This document shows, piece by piece, positions 53,380 to 64,000 of a stretch of 64,000 nt of DNA. How positions within the stretch are numbered: the stretch's first letter is position 1; every line of letters starts with the position of its first letter. Source of the DNA: Eledone cirrhosa (lineage: Eukaryota); NCBI GenBank assembly GCA_964016885.1, contig OZ024759.1, forward strand, positions 24,924,001-24,988,000, given 5' to 3'. Below the pieces are notes generated by a model that was given only the letters and a program-made list of their open reading frames with translations, was not told where the DNA came from and made no database searches. The translations under genes and the position numbers were made by a program.

Positions 53380-54329
53380 ATTTGCAGGAGATTTAGTTGC
53401 TATTTCTAACAGATTGTTTGTCTGTTTGGATAAACAACATGTTGTTGTTTAGCCCCTGGTCAAACAGACATTTTGATCAAAGATATTACTGTGGTGGTCA
53501 TTCCCTTATTTTACCGGGGGGGGGGGGGGGGCACATTATCCAATGTGGTACTTTTCTTAAGACAAAAGTGTGTGATTTGAGGGAGATTTGGCTGGTATTT
53601 CTACCCAGTGTTGTTGTTGTTTAGCCCCAGATCAAAACTGTCCTAACATATATACCAGTGATGGTCATTCTGTCATTTTAGAATGAGAGGGCCACATCAA
53701 CCAATGTGATTTGAGGGAGATTTGGTTGCTAATTCTAACAGATTACGTGACTCTGTAGCAGCTTCCTCTTTGGATAATCAACATCTTGTTGCTACTGTTG
53801 TTTAGCCACAGGTCAACTCTAGCCAAACAATTTAATCAAAGGCTTTCCATTTGTGGTCATTCTGTCATTCTACTATGAGAGGGCCACATTATCTGGTCAT
53901 TCAATGTGTCTTTTTCTTAAGACAAAAGAGTGTAATTAGAGGGGGATTTGGTTGCTATTTCTACCATATTGGGTGACCCCCCCCAAGAGGCATCCTCCTC
54001 AGCTGATAAAGATCAACAACATATGGCCTGATAAGAGATGTATATCCATGAAACTCTAGATATGTAGGTCAATAAACGACATAAATATACAGCCATGGAG
54101 TTGTTTCATCATAAATATTTATGGGAGTTGATGTTGGTGGTGGTGTGCTATGGTGGGTTGAGGTGGGGTGGTGTGGGTAACAAAAGGGTGAGGATGGTGG
54201 TGGTGGGTCAGGATGTGGTGGTGAGTCAGGATGTAGTTGGGGTTGCTTCATCATAAATATTTATGGGAGTTGATGGTGGTGGTGCTGTGGTGTGGTGGTG
54301 GGTCAGGATGCGGTGGTGGTGTCAGTAAT

Positions 54330-54720
54330 AACAGAGGGTGGTGGTGGGTAATAACAGAGAGAAGGTGGTGGTGGTGGTGGGTAATAACAGAGAGAAGGTG
54401 GTGGTGGCAGTGGGTAATAACAGAGAGAAGGTGGTGGCGTAGTGAGCTGAGGAGGTGGTGGTGGTGGGTGGGTAACAAATGAGAGAGGGTAGTAGTGGTG
54501 TGGTGGGTAATAACAGAGAGAGGGTGGTGTGGTAGGTGGTGGTGGTAGGGGGTAATAACAGAGAGAGGGTGATGGTGGTGGTGGTGTAGTGGGTTGAGAA
54601 GAGGTGGTGTGGTGGGTAATAACAGAGAGAGGGTGGTGTTGTAGGTGGTAGTGGCAGTGTATAATAACAGAGAGAAGGTGGTGTGGTAGGTGGTGGTGTG
54701 GAGAATTGAGAAGAGGTGGT
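54330..54720. repeat. Minisatellite GGGTAATAACAGAGAGAAGGTGGTGG
   Basis: About 9 variable units. Confidence 0.88.
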
Positions 54721-55045
54721 GGTGAGGGTGGTGGTAGTGGTGGCAGGTCAATGTGTGGTGTGGTGTGGTGTGGTGTGGTGGTGGGGGTAGGGTATATAAT
54801 AATGAAGTGGGTGGAAGGTCACATCATACATAATACTGCAGTGTATGTGTGTGTGTCAGTGTATATGTCACTTCGAGTATCAGTGAGTGTGTGTGTGTGT
54901 GTCAGTGTATATGTCACTTCGAGTATCAGTGAGTGTGTGTGTGTGTGCGCCAGTATATCACTGTGTGTGTCAGTGTATCACCATGTGTGTGTGTGTCAGA
55001 TATGTTAATGTGTCAGTGTTAGTGTAATTGAACATTCATAAGTTT

Positions 55046-55207
55046 ATATAATCCCGTGATGCGAACTCAGTCCGGATCTAGCTGTCGAAACAGCAGGAGC
55101 TCTGCTGTCAGGGACCTGATTCTTCTCACATTACCCACTCTACTACCCCAAGTATCGAGTACTCTAGTGCGTTATGGTCCACCTGGTATTTTACCACACC
55201 CTCTTTG

Positions 55208-55210
<3 letters not shown>
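55046..55210 (+). mobile_element. TA-embedded element family H
   Basis: GATCTAGCTGTCGAAAC..GGAGCTC..CCCACTCTACTA.CCCAAGTATCGAGTACTCT shared with 12340-12530. Confidence 0.75.
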
Positions 55211-55258
<48 letters not shown>

Positions 55259-55276
55259 TATATTTATATTTATATA

Positions 55277-55368
<92 letters not shown>

Positions 55369-55380
55369 TATATTTATATA

Positions 55381-55430
<50 letters not shown>

Positions 55431-55448
55431 TATATTTATATATATATG

Positions 55449-55510
<62 letters not shown>

Positions 55511-55532
55511 ATATATATGTATATATATATAC

Positions 55533-55574
<42 letters not shown>

Positions 55575-55600
55575 ATGTATGTATGTATATATATATATGT

Positions 55601-55702
55601 ATGTAAGTGCGTGTATGTGTTTCAAATATATGTGTGTTTCAGATATATATATATATATATCTGAAACACACATATATTTGAAACACATACACGCACTTAC
55701 AT
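55601..55702. repeat. Perfect ~102-bp palindrome centred on (AT)n
   Basis: ATGTAAGTGCGTGTATGTGTTTCAAATATATGTGTGTTTCAG-(AT)n-CTGAAACACACATATATTTGAAACACATACACGCACTTACAT. Confidence 0.92.
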
Positions 55703-56059
55703 ATATATATATACATACATACACACATCTGCTACACAGACACACACACATATATATATATATATAAACAATCTGCTACACACACACACACATATATACA
55801 TCTGCTATACACAGACATATATACATCCGCTACACATATCTGAAACACACATATACATACACCAGCTACACACACACACATATATATACAGATATATATG
55901 AAACACATATCTACACACATATACATACACCAGCCACACACACACACACACACACACATCTGCTACACACACACACACATATATATATATATACAGATAT
56001 ATATGAAACACATATCTACACACATATACATACACCAGCCACACACACACACACATGCT

Positions 56060-56096
<37 letters not shown>

Positions 56097-56559
56097 CAGA
56101 TATATATGAAACACATATCTACACACATATACATACACCAGCTACACACACACATACACATCTGCTACACACACACACACACATATATATATATACAGAT
56201 ATATATGAAACACATATCTACACACATATGCATACACCAGCTACACACACACACACACATCAGCGACACAATTGCTACACATACACACATAACTGCCTCA
56301 CACACAACAGCTAGACTCACATACACACACACACACATCTACTATAGTTATTTTCAGTAAAATGTCCTGCATTACTTTAGTCCTTGTCCAACATCTTTGC
56401 TTCAAAATTTTTCAGAAGACGGCAGCAAGATTTGTGATAGAAATTCCAAGAATTAAAGAGCAATTTTCTGCTGGCATTAACTGTCTGGCAGTAATGGAGG
56501 GTGGCCATTTCTCTTCTTCTTCTTCTTCTTCTTCTTCTCTACCTCCTCCTCCACCACCA

Positions 56560-57600
56560 TTACAACCATCTCCTCCATCACAGCCATCACCAGCACCACC
56601 ATCACACCATCACCACAATCACCAACACCGGCACCACCTCCACCATCGATACTACCACTACCTTCTCCCCCCCCCCCTCCAATCACCACTACCATCACAA
56701 CCACCACCACCACCACCACCACCACCGCCAATGTCACCACCACTACCATCTCGTCCGCCACTGCACCACAACCACATGTTCCACCACCAGCACCTCGTCC
56801 ATCCCTACACCACCACCTCGTCCATCCCTACACCACCACCTCGTCCATCCCTATACCACCATCACTACCTCCTCCATCATCAATGTCACCACCACTACAC
56901 CACAACCACATCTTCCTCCACCACCACCACCACCACCTCGTCCATCCCTACACCACCACCTCGTCCATCCCTATACCACCATCACTACCTCCTCCACCAT
57001 CAATGTCACAACCACTACACCACAACCACATCTTCCTCCTCCACCACCACCACCACCACCACCTCGTCCATCCCTACACCACCATCACCACCACTCTGTC
57101 CATCCCTATACCACCATCACTACCTCCTCCACCATCAATGTCACAACCACTACACCACAACCACATCTTCCTCCACCACCACCACCACCTCGTCCATCCC
57201 TACACCACCACCATCACCGCCACCTCTACTCAGTAATTGATCAATTATTGATCTGGCAAGATTCTCAGAAACCTTACCTCTAACTAACTCATTATATCTT
57301 GTGTCCACTGAACAGCAGCATAGGACATTGTATAGGTGGTGGTGGTGTTGTGGTGTGGTGGTGGTGTGGTGTAGTGTAGTGGTGGTGGTGGTGTGGGGGA
57401 GAGTTGTGCGGTGCTGTGTTGTGGTGGTGGTGGTGGTGATGTGGTGTGGAGGCAGTGGTGGTGGAGTTGTGTGGCGGTGTGTTGTGGTGGTGGTGGTGGT
57501 GGTGGTGATGTGGTGTAGTGTGGAGACGGTGGGGAGGGGGGAGTTGTGTGGTGGTGATGATGATAATAATGGTGGTGATGTTGATGATGATGATAATGAT
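56560..57600. repeat. (CAC)n/(GTG)n low-complexity region with ~120-bp higher-order repeats
   Basis: CCTCGTCCATCCCTACACCACCA and TCAATGTCAC.ACCACTACACCACAACCACATCTTCC recur three or more times. Confidence 0.9.
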
Positions 57601-57694
57601 TAATTTCCCAAAACAGATTGAAGAAATGTTCACATCCACACACCCATTTCAAGGTGTGCACAGGCATATACACACATACACAATGGATGTATGT

Positions 57695-58025
57695 ATACAC
57701 CCATCCACACACAATAGCTGTATGTATACACACACACCCACACACAATAGCTGTATGTATACACACACACCCACACACAATAGCTGTATGTATACACACA
57801 CACCCACTCACAATAGCTGTATGTATACACACACACCCACTCACACACAATGGCTGTATGTACACACACACACTATATATATTATATACATATATTATAT
57901 ATATATATTATATACATATACATACATACAGTTCACATACAATGGCTGTATGTATACGTACATACACACACAATGGCTGTATGTATACGTACATACACAC
58001 ACGATGGCTGTATGTATACGTACAA
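57695..58025. repeat. ~31-33-bp minisatellite CACAAT(A/G)GCTGTATGTATACACACAC
   Basis: About 8 units. Confidence 0.88.
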
Positions 58026-58497
58026 ACACACACACAGACAGAAACTCAGGAATAAATAAAACTATTCAATACAAACTATATGTATACACACACAATGGTG
58101 ATATGTATACACAAACTATATATATGAGAGAGAGAGAGGGGGAGATAGAGAGAGAGAGAGAGAGACTGAAAGAAATAAAACTCTATAATTTGATAAAGAT
58201 AATTAAAAATATCATCAAACTGAATAACAAAAAATTAATGAAAAGTAATTAAGGTTTACCAAGAGTTGGTGGTGATTCTTTGACAGCAATTAATTACAGG
58301 TGAGACTTACCTGCAAATAAAAGAAACAGGTGAAGAATGAATTAAAAAGAAAACAGGTATTTTTTTTTTTTCTAAATATTTGTGTCATGCTGAAATGGAA
58401 TAAAAGAATATTGTTGAAAAGAAAAAAAACAAACAAACAAACAAGATTTCACAAATGAAACCATCGCTGACATTAAAACAGAATGTGTCTATATGAA

Positions 58498-58805
58498 CTA
58501 GGATCATGTTTGTGTCAGCTGAAACTGTTGAGTCTAAGATTATCTTTGTGTGAGCTGAAGTTGAAGCTGTTGAGTCTTGGATCAGCTTTGTCAGAGCTGC
58601 TGCTCTTGAGTCTTTGTGGGAGCTGAAACCTCTGTGTTTTGGATCAACTTTAAGGAAGCTGAAGCTCTTGAGTCTTGGATCATCTTTGTGAGAACTGAAG
58701 CTGTTGAGTCTTGGATCATCTTTGTGGGAACTGAAACTGCCAAGAAACTGTTGAGAATTGGATCATTTTTGTGAGAGCTCAAACAGTGGAGTTTTGGAGT
58801 AGCTA
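58498..58805. repeat. Degenerate 36-bp minisatellite (GAGTCTTGGATCATCTTTGTGAGAACTGAAGCTGTT)
   Basis: About 8 units. Confidence 0.82.
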
Positions 58806-59069
58806 AAAAGTTGAAAATAGCACTCTAATCTTTCTAAACATTTAAGGGACCTAATTATTTTGAAACAACCTTTAGGCCATACTCCATTGAGAGAGACTGT
58901 ATGTAGTCGTTGTTGTTAGTGGTGGTGGTGGAGATGAGGAAGGCTGAGTTGATAGAATAAAAAGGGCAAGGGAAAGTGATTTTGAATATGAAAAACAGTA
59001 ACAACAACAAAAAACAAACAGTGTGGGGTGGGTATTAAAAGATAATTCTTTCTTCTTTCTTAGTCCCAT

Positions 59070-59385
59070 AATTCCTGAGGGAATCATAGGAGCACTGTAG
59101 TGACATATGGCAGCATCTCTAGGACATTGTTTTAAACATGGCAGAACCCAATCCTTTCCAGGTCTGAATACAGCAGATTTCTTCCAGAGAAAGATAGAGA
59201 GTAAGAGAATGAGAGTGAGAAAAAGATATAAAGGAAGAATTGACCCCAGTACTCGACTGGTACTTTTATTTTATCAATCTCGAATGAATGAAAAGCAAAG
59301 ATGACCTCAGCAGGATTTGAACTCAGAGAGCAGAGAGCTGAAACAAATACCACAAAGTATTCTATCCTAATGACTCTGCCAATTT
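59070..59385 (-). mobile_element. SINE family 3
   Basis: Colinear with 455-800. Confidence 0.78.
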
Positions 59386-60557
59386 TCTGCTTTATTAATG
59401 GATAATACTGATTAATAAATGAATTATGATATTTTTTTAAGCAACTCTGATGTTACAAACAAGCTTTTGACAGTACAATTAAGTGGACAAGATATCAATG
59501 TTGTTGATTAATGATATTTCAACAGACAGCACCGTCAAATGGACAAGATGTCCACAGTGTTATGATACATGAAAGACAAACACAAATTTTTTTATTTAAT
59601 GTAAAAATGAAAATGAAAAGAAAAATCCGAAAATGGGAAAATGAAAAAAAAATGAAAAAAAAAAAAGGGAAATTAAAAAAACTGAAATATTAAAATGAAA
59701 AAAAAAAATGAAAAGGGAAATGAAAAAAAATGAAAAATTAAAATGTAAAAAAAAAACTGATAACAAGAAAATGAAAAAAAAATCTGAAAAATGAAAAAAT
59801 AAAAAAGATAAAAAATTTTTTTTTTTTAATTGAAAAATACCCCCCCCCCCTCCATCACCAACACCACCACCGGCAGAAGATTTCCTGAAAGACAAAACAG
59901 TAATCCAGTGTGTAGGGGAAGGAGAAAGAGAGATAAATACTATTTACCTAACTTGTAAACAGACCTTCTAACATGGTAGACCTAGGATCTTAAATCCACA
60001 GTTAGGGTCATTTAGGCTATGAAAACATCCAAATTAGACATAACTTCAACAGCAGCGGAAATGTTGAAGTGGTCGGGGAGTAGGGAGGGGTGTTAGCTTT
60101 GTTTTTGGTTTTGTTATTTTTTTTATTTTCTTTTGTTCTCTTTGGTTTTTGTCTTGGAAGCTTGTAAAACAAACGTACACATATGTATATGCGTGTGTTG
60201 GACAGTGTATAGATATGTATATATATATATAACCCATACTAGTGTGGAAAAATGGATGTTAAACGATGATGATATATGTGTGTATAATATATATATATAT
60301 ATATATATATATCATCCTTTTTACATCTTTTATATGGTGGTATGGGTTAGATAGGACTTGCTGATGCAATGTTTTACAATAAGTGCACTTTCTGATACCA
60401 ATCCTTTCAGTCACTTCTTACAACACACAGCGATACGGTGTATATATATATATATAAGCTTAAAAATGTTTATAGCTGATATAAAGCACTCAACAGTTTA
60501 GTGGAGTAAATACACAATATATTAATAAATGGAAACTATATTTATAAAACCATATTT

Positions 60558-60621
60558 ATTTTATTATATATATTTCAAGGGCAACCAAGGAAAATTATGG
60601 TGCACTTTCATCAGATAAAAT
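60558..60621 (-). ncRNA. Minimal type I hammerhead motif (family C, intact)
   Basis: ATTTTAT-CTGATGA-(AAG.GCACCA...TGG.TGC.CTT)-GAAA-TATATA-TA-ATAAAAT, then AATAAA; element spans about 60465-60700 between TA runs. Confidence 0.75.
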
Positions 60622-60727
60622 ACAGATTTATTTTATAAATAAATATTGACATACCCGGAAAAAAGACAACCTTAACGGTTGGAGCTTCCTTGAAATATGT
60701 ATAATAAAATAAATATATATATATATA

Positions 60728-60758
<31 letters not shown>

Positions 60759-60993
60759 AATTACATCCATAGAATTATTTGATAAGATATATACACCATT
60801 TCCTCTCCCAATTAACATAATCAACCACACAAAAAACCAATTAAACCAGGCTATAAGATTAAAAGGCACCTATAAAGAAATACTAGATAAATAAATGACA
60901 GCCATCTATTCGCGATCAACAGCCATAGAATATTTACCCACCATTCCAATAGCACGTGGAAATCGATTAAATATATCGTCAACCATACACAAT

Positions 60994-61096
<103 letters not shown>

Positions 61097-61121
61097 AATA
61101 TATATATACATATATATATAT

Positions 61122-61574
61122 ACGGAGTGGGGAGACCCAAGATGACTTGGGATGAGGTGATAAAAGCCGACCTTACCCAACTACACCTCTCAAAGTCAAT
61201 GACACACGACCGTGACTTCTGGCGTCACGCAGTAATACAGGGTACCCGACCTCCCATGGGTACATGCTGAAGCATATAAACAATATGCCCCCCCCCCCCC
61301 ACCGCAAGGTGGTCGTGGAGGTGCCACGGCAAAAAAGCACCCAGCCCACACTGTAAAGTGGACGTGTAGGCGCCACGAAAAAGCACCCAGCACTCACTGT
61401 AAATGAGGTTGGTGTTAGGAAGGGCATCCAGCTGTAGAAATCAAGCCAGATCAGTTCCTGTATGAGCAAGGCATGGTCAGCCGACCAGACACTGCCCACA
61501 ACAGGACAACCCGTCTAACCCATGCTAGCGTGGAAGAACGGACGTAAAACGGTGATGATGATGATGATGATGAT
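61122..61574 (+). mobile_element. RTE family B 3' fragment
   Basis: Apparently identical to 39135-39585 apart from poly-C length. Confidence 0.95.
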
Positions 61575-61578
61575 ATAT

Positions 61579-61633
<55 letters not shown>

Positions 61634-61893
61634 AAAATATAATGGAAACAACAGAGCCAATAACACAGTATAAGGAAGAAATATACTTGTTCATCACTTG
61701 TTATAGTAGAAAAAGACGCATTATGTTTCGGAGACTAGTCCTTCATCAGAAGATAGAATGAGAAATAAAAGATGAAACATAAATATAGAAAAGGAATGAA
61801 TGGGAAAATTTCTTTTTTGAGAAAAAGCACGTATGTATTCAGTGAACAATCTACCTAGATAGATAAGTGGATATTAAGAAAAGTGACATTGAC

Positions 61894-62202
61894 CCGGGTT
61901 GGATTTAGACGGGGGGGGGGGGGGGGGGGGGGGCACTTCAGGTTTAGGGGCTCATGCACAAAAACTTAGAATACACAGCAAAAACCCCTCCATTTTACAT
62001 ATCAAAGTTAGCTTGGCTCAAATAATTGGAATTGAAAAGTTATACATACAGGTATTAAATTCAAAAATTATAACCATCCTAAAACTAAAAAGACCAGTTG
62101 AGAGCACAAATAAATTGCTATGGCCATCGCTAGTGGGCATCCTCCCTACTGTAGAGGGCCCAGGGCAATTGCCCCCTTTTCCCTCCATTAAATCTGGCCC
62201 TG
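61894..62202. mobile_element. hAT-type MITE
   Basis: TIRs CCGGGTTGGATTTA / TAAATCTGGCCCTG; 8-bp flanks ACATTGAC / ACAGTGAC. Confidence 0.72.
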
Positions 62203-63179
62203 ACAGTGACTTTTAAATTTTAGCTTGGTCATTTCATCTGGCACATCTAGCAACCAGATGAAATGACCAAGTCACTATAACTCAATTACACTGATCCTGG
62301 TACTTGAGCAGGGTTTATTTTATCATCCTTGGAAAAAATGAAAGGATGAAAGGTTAAGTTGATCTTAGTATAATTTGAGCTCAGAACTAAAAAGACCCAG
62401 AACAAATACAGCATGGTATTTTGTCCGATTAAACCAATCTAATGAAATAATGAAAAGAAGAAAAACAAAACAAATTTAATATAATATAAAAAAATATAAT
62501 TTAAAAAAAATTAAAAACCAAAATTCTAATTCAAACCAGAAATCAATATATAGTGAAATGTGAATTGAAATCAATAAAAAATATTGATTAGATGTGAACT
62601 GGAATCAATAAAAATTATTGATTAGATGTTTGATTTTTCATTGGAAGATTATCAGTATTTTTTTTTTTTTTACATTTACAATTTTTCTTTTACTATCAAG
62701 ATGTTCATTGGTTGATGATTAATATCAAAATGTTCATTGGTTGATGATCATGATGATCAATGTATGAATGTTGGATGATTTATTTGTTGTTGACTTGTCA
62801 ATATATCATTTCCCTATCTCTAACTGACCTCCATAAACTCTGCATCTCATTCGTTATTACACACAGTATTGCAACATCTCTTGTAATATTCCTTAAAATA
62901 AGCTCTTGATGGGCTTCTTCACAAAATGGAGAGCAGAAAGAGCAGCAAATCGTTAGCAAGCCGTCTTCTTTTTCTTTGCCTTCTACTTCTTCTCCTACCT
63001 CTTCTTGTTCTTCTTCTTCTTGTTCTTCTATTCCCCCTCCTCCTCTTCATCATTTTATTCTTTGAACCCACAACGTAAAGGGTCGTAAGTAAATCTATGT
63101 TGCAAAGCATATTGTTATATGCCCTGCCGATACTACCATTCTACCTCTCCTAATAATAACAACAACAACAACAATAATA

Positions 63180-63611
63180 ATAATTGTTTCTACTTTTGGC
63201 ACAAGACCAGCAATTATCCCAGTGCATTACTGGTACTTTATTTTATCGACCCCGTAAGGATGAAAGGTAAAGTAAACCTCAGCGGGATTTGAACTCAGAA
63301 CGTAAAGAACTATAACCATATGCTTTAAAAGCATATTGTCCGACGCTCTACCGATTCTGCCAATCCACCACAATAATAATAATCTACACAATAATAATAA
63401 TGTTTCTACTTTAGGCACAAGGCCAGCAATTTGAAGGGGAGGGGAGGGGCAAGTCGATTAAATCGACCCCAGTACATTACTGGTGCTTTATTTTATCGAC
63501 CCTGTAAAGATGAAAGGCAAAGTTAACTTGGGCGGGATTTGAACTCAGATCATAAAGGGCTGTAAAGCGTGGCGTCTGACCCTCTACCGATACTTCCAAT
63601 CCACCACCCTA

Positions 63612-63612
<1 letters not shown>
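63180..63612 (-). mobile_element. Two tandem SINE family 1 copies (short and long variant)
   Basis: Both run TGTTTCTACTTT...CCAATCCACCAC on plus. Confidence 0.9.
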
Positions 63613-63654
<42 letters not shown>

Positions 63655-64000
63655 TATTCTATTAGACAGAGAATCAGGACATGGAAAGAAGAAAAATCTT
63701 TGTTAAATTAATGTTAACGATTGAAACTATAACGACTAAAGTAATATTTGTTGTAGACAATTTTAACGAAACAAATGCAAAAACAACTACAAAAAATACA
63801 AAAACACAAAAACAACAACAACACAAAAACAACTAACCCCCCCCCCCCCCCCCCCATACAATTGAATAAAGTTAAATATTCCAGAAATAAGTTGAATTTC
63901 ATGAACAACCAGCTGAGAATAGGAAAAATGGAAACACTTAATTACATCGTTGACTTAAGCCTAAGGCCTGTGGTGGTGGTGGGGTGATGGTGGTGGTAGA

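Larger units (their letters stand above)
52670..54005. repeat. Degenerate tandem repeat (GGAGATTTGG.TGCTATTTCTA...GTTGTTTAGCCC...CCACATTATCCAATGT) hosting MITEs
   Basis: About 5 units; contains piggyBac MITE 52934-53141 and mariner derivative 53161-53379. Confidence 0.75.

Noticed and set aside
55056-56360. Many YI/CV/HT-rich ORFs here and across the window
   Set aside because: Stop-free dinucleotide repeats, not genes.
56362-57283. Pro/His/Thr-rich ORFs of 260-292 aa
   Set aside because: Built from (CAC)n repeats open in several frames; no domain or splice support.
58498-58805. 12-aa coding repeat (TKMIQDSTASVL)
   Set aside because: A frameshifting deletion within the array and no splice support; treated as a minisatellite.

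Overview
AT-rich eukaryotic DNA saturated with microsatellites ((TA)n, (CA)n, (GA)n, (GAT)n, (GAA)n, (CAC)n). The repeat content suggests a cephalopod, probably octopus, intron or intergenic region; that is inference from repeat style only. No host protein-coding gene can be supported, only a few weak splice-site candidates. Almost all ORFs in the track are microsatellite artefacts or retroelement pieces. Identifiable content: (1) many 5'-truncated RTE-clade LINE copies of at least three families, with a Cys/His finger inserted in the RT and (GAT)n tails; (2) single CR1-like, CRE-like and older RTE fragments; (3) three tRNA-derived SINE families, one sharing its tail with the RTE LINE; (4) an internally deleted mariner plus Tc1/mariner, hAT and piggyBac-type MITEs and non-autonomous Helitrons; (5) several minisatellites. 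Most interesting is a set of short, sequence-unrelated, non-coding elements in or next to (TA)n tracts. Several are long fold-back inverted repeats, and they carry minimal type I hammerhead ribozyme motifs (stem I-CUGANGA-stem II-GAAA-palindromic hexamer-UH-stem I', usually followed by AATAAA). This is the architecture known from Penelope-like element ends. At least five families and about ten motif copies occur in 64 kb. All motifs were found by eye; no folding or database search was run.
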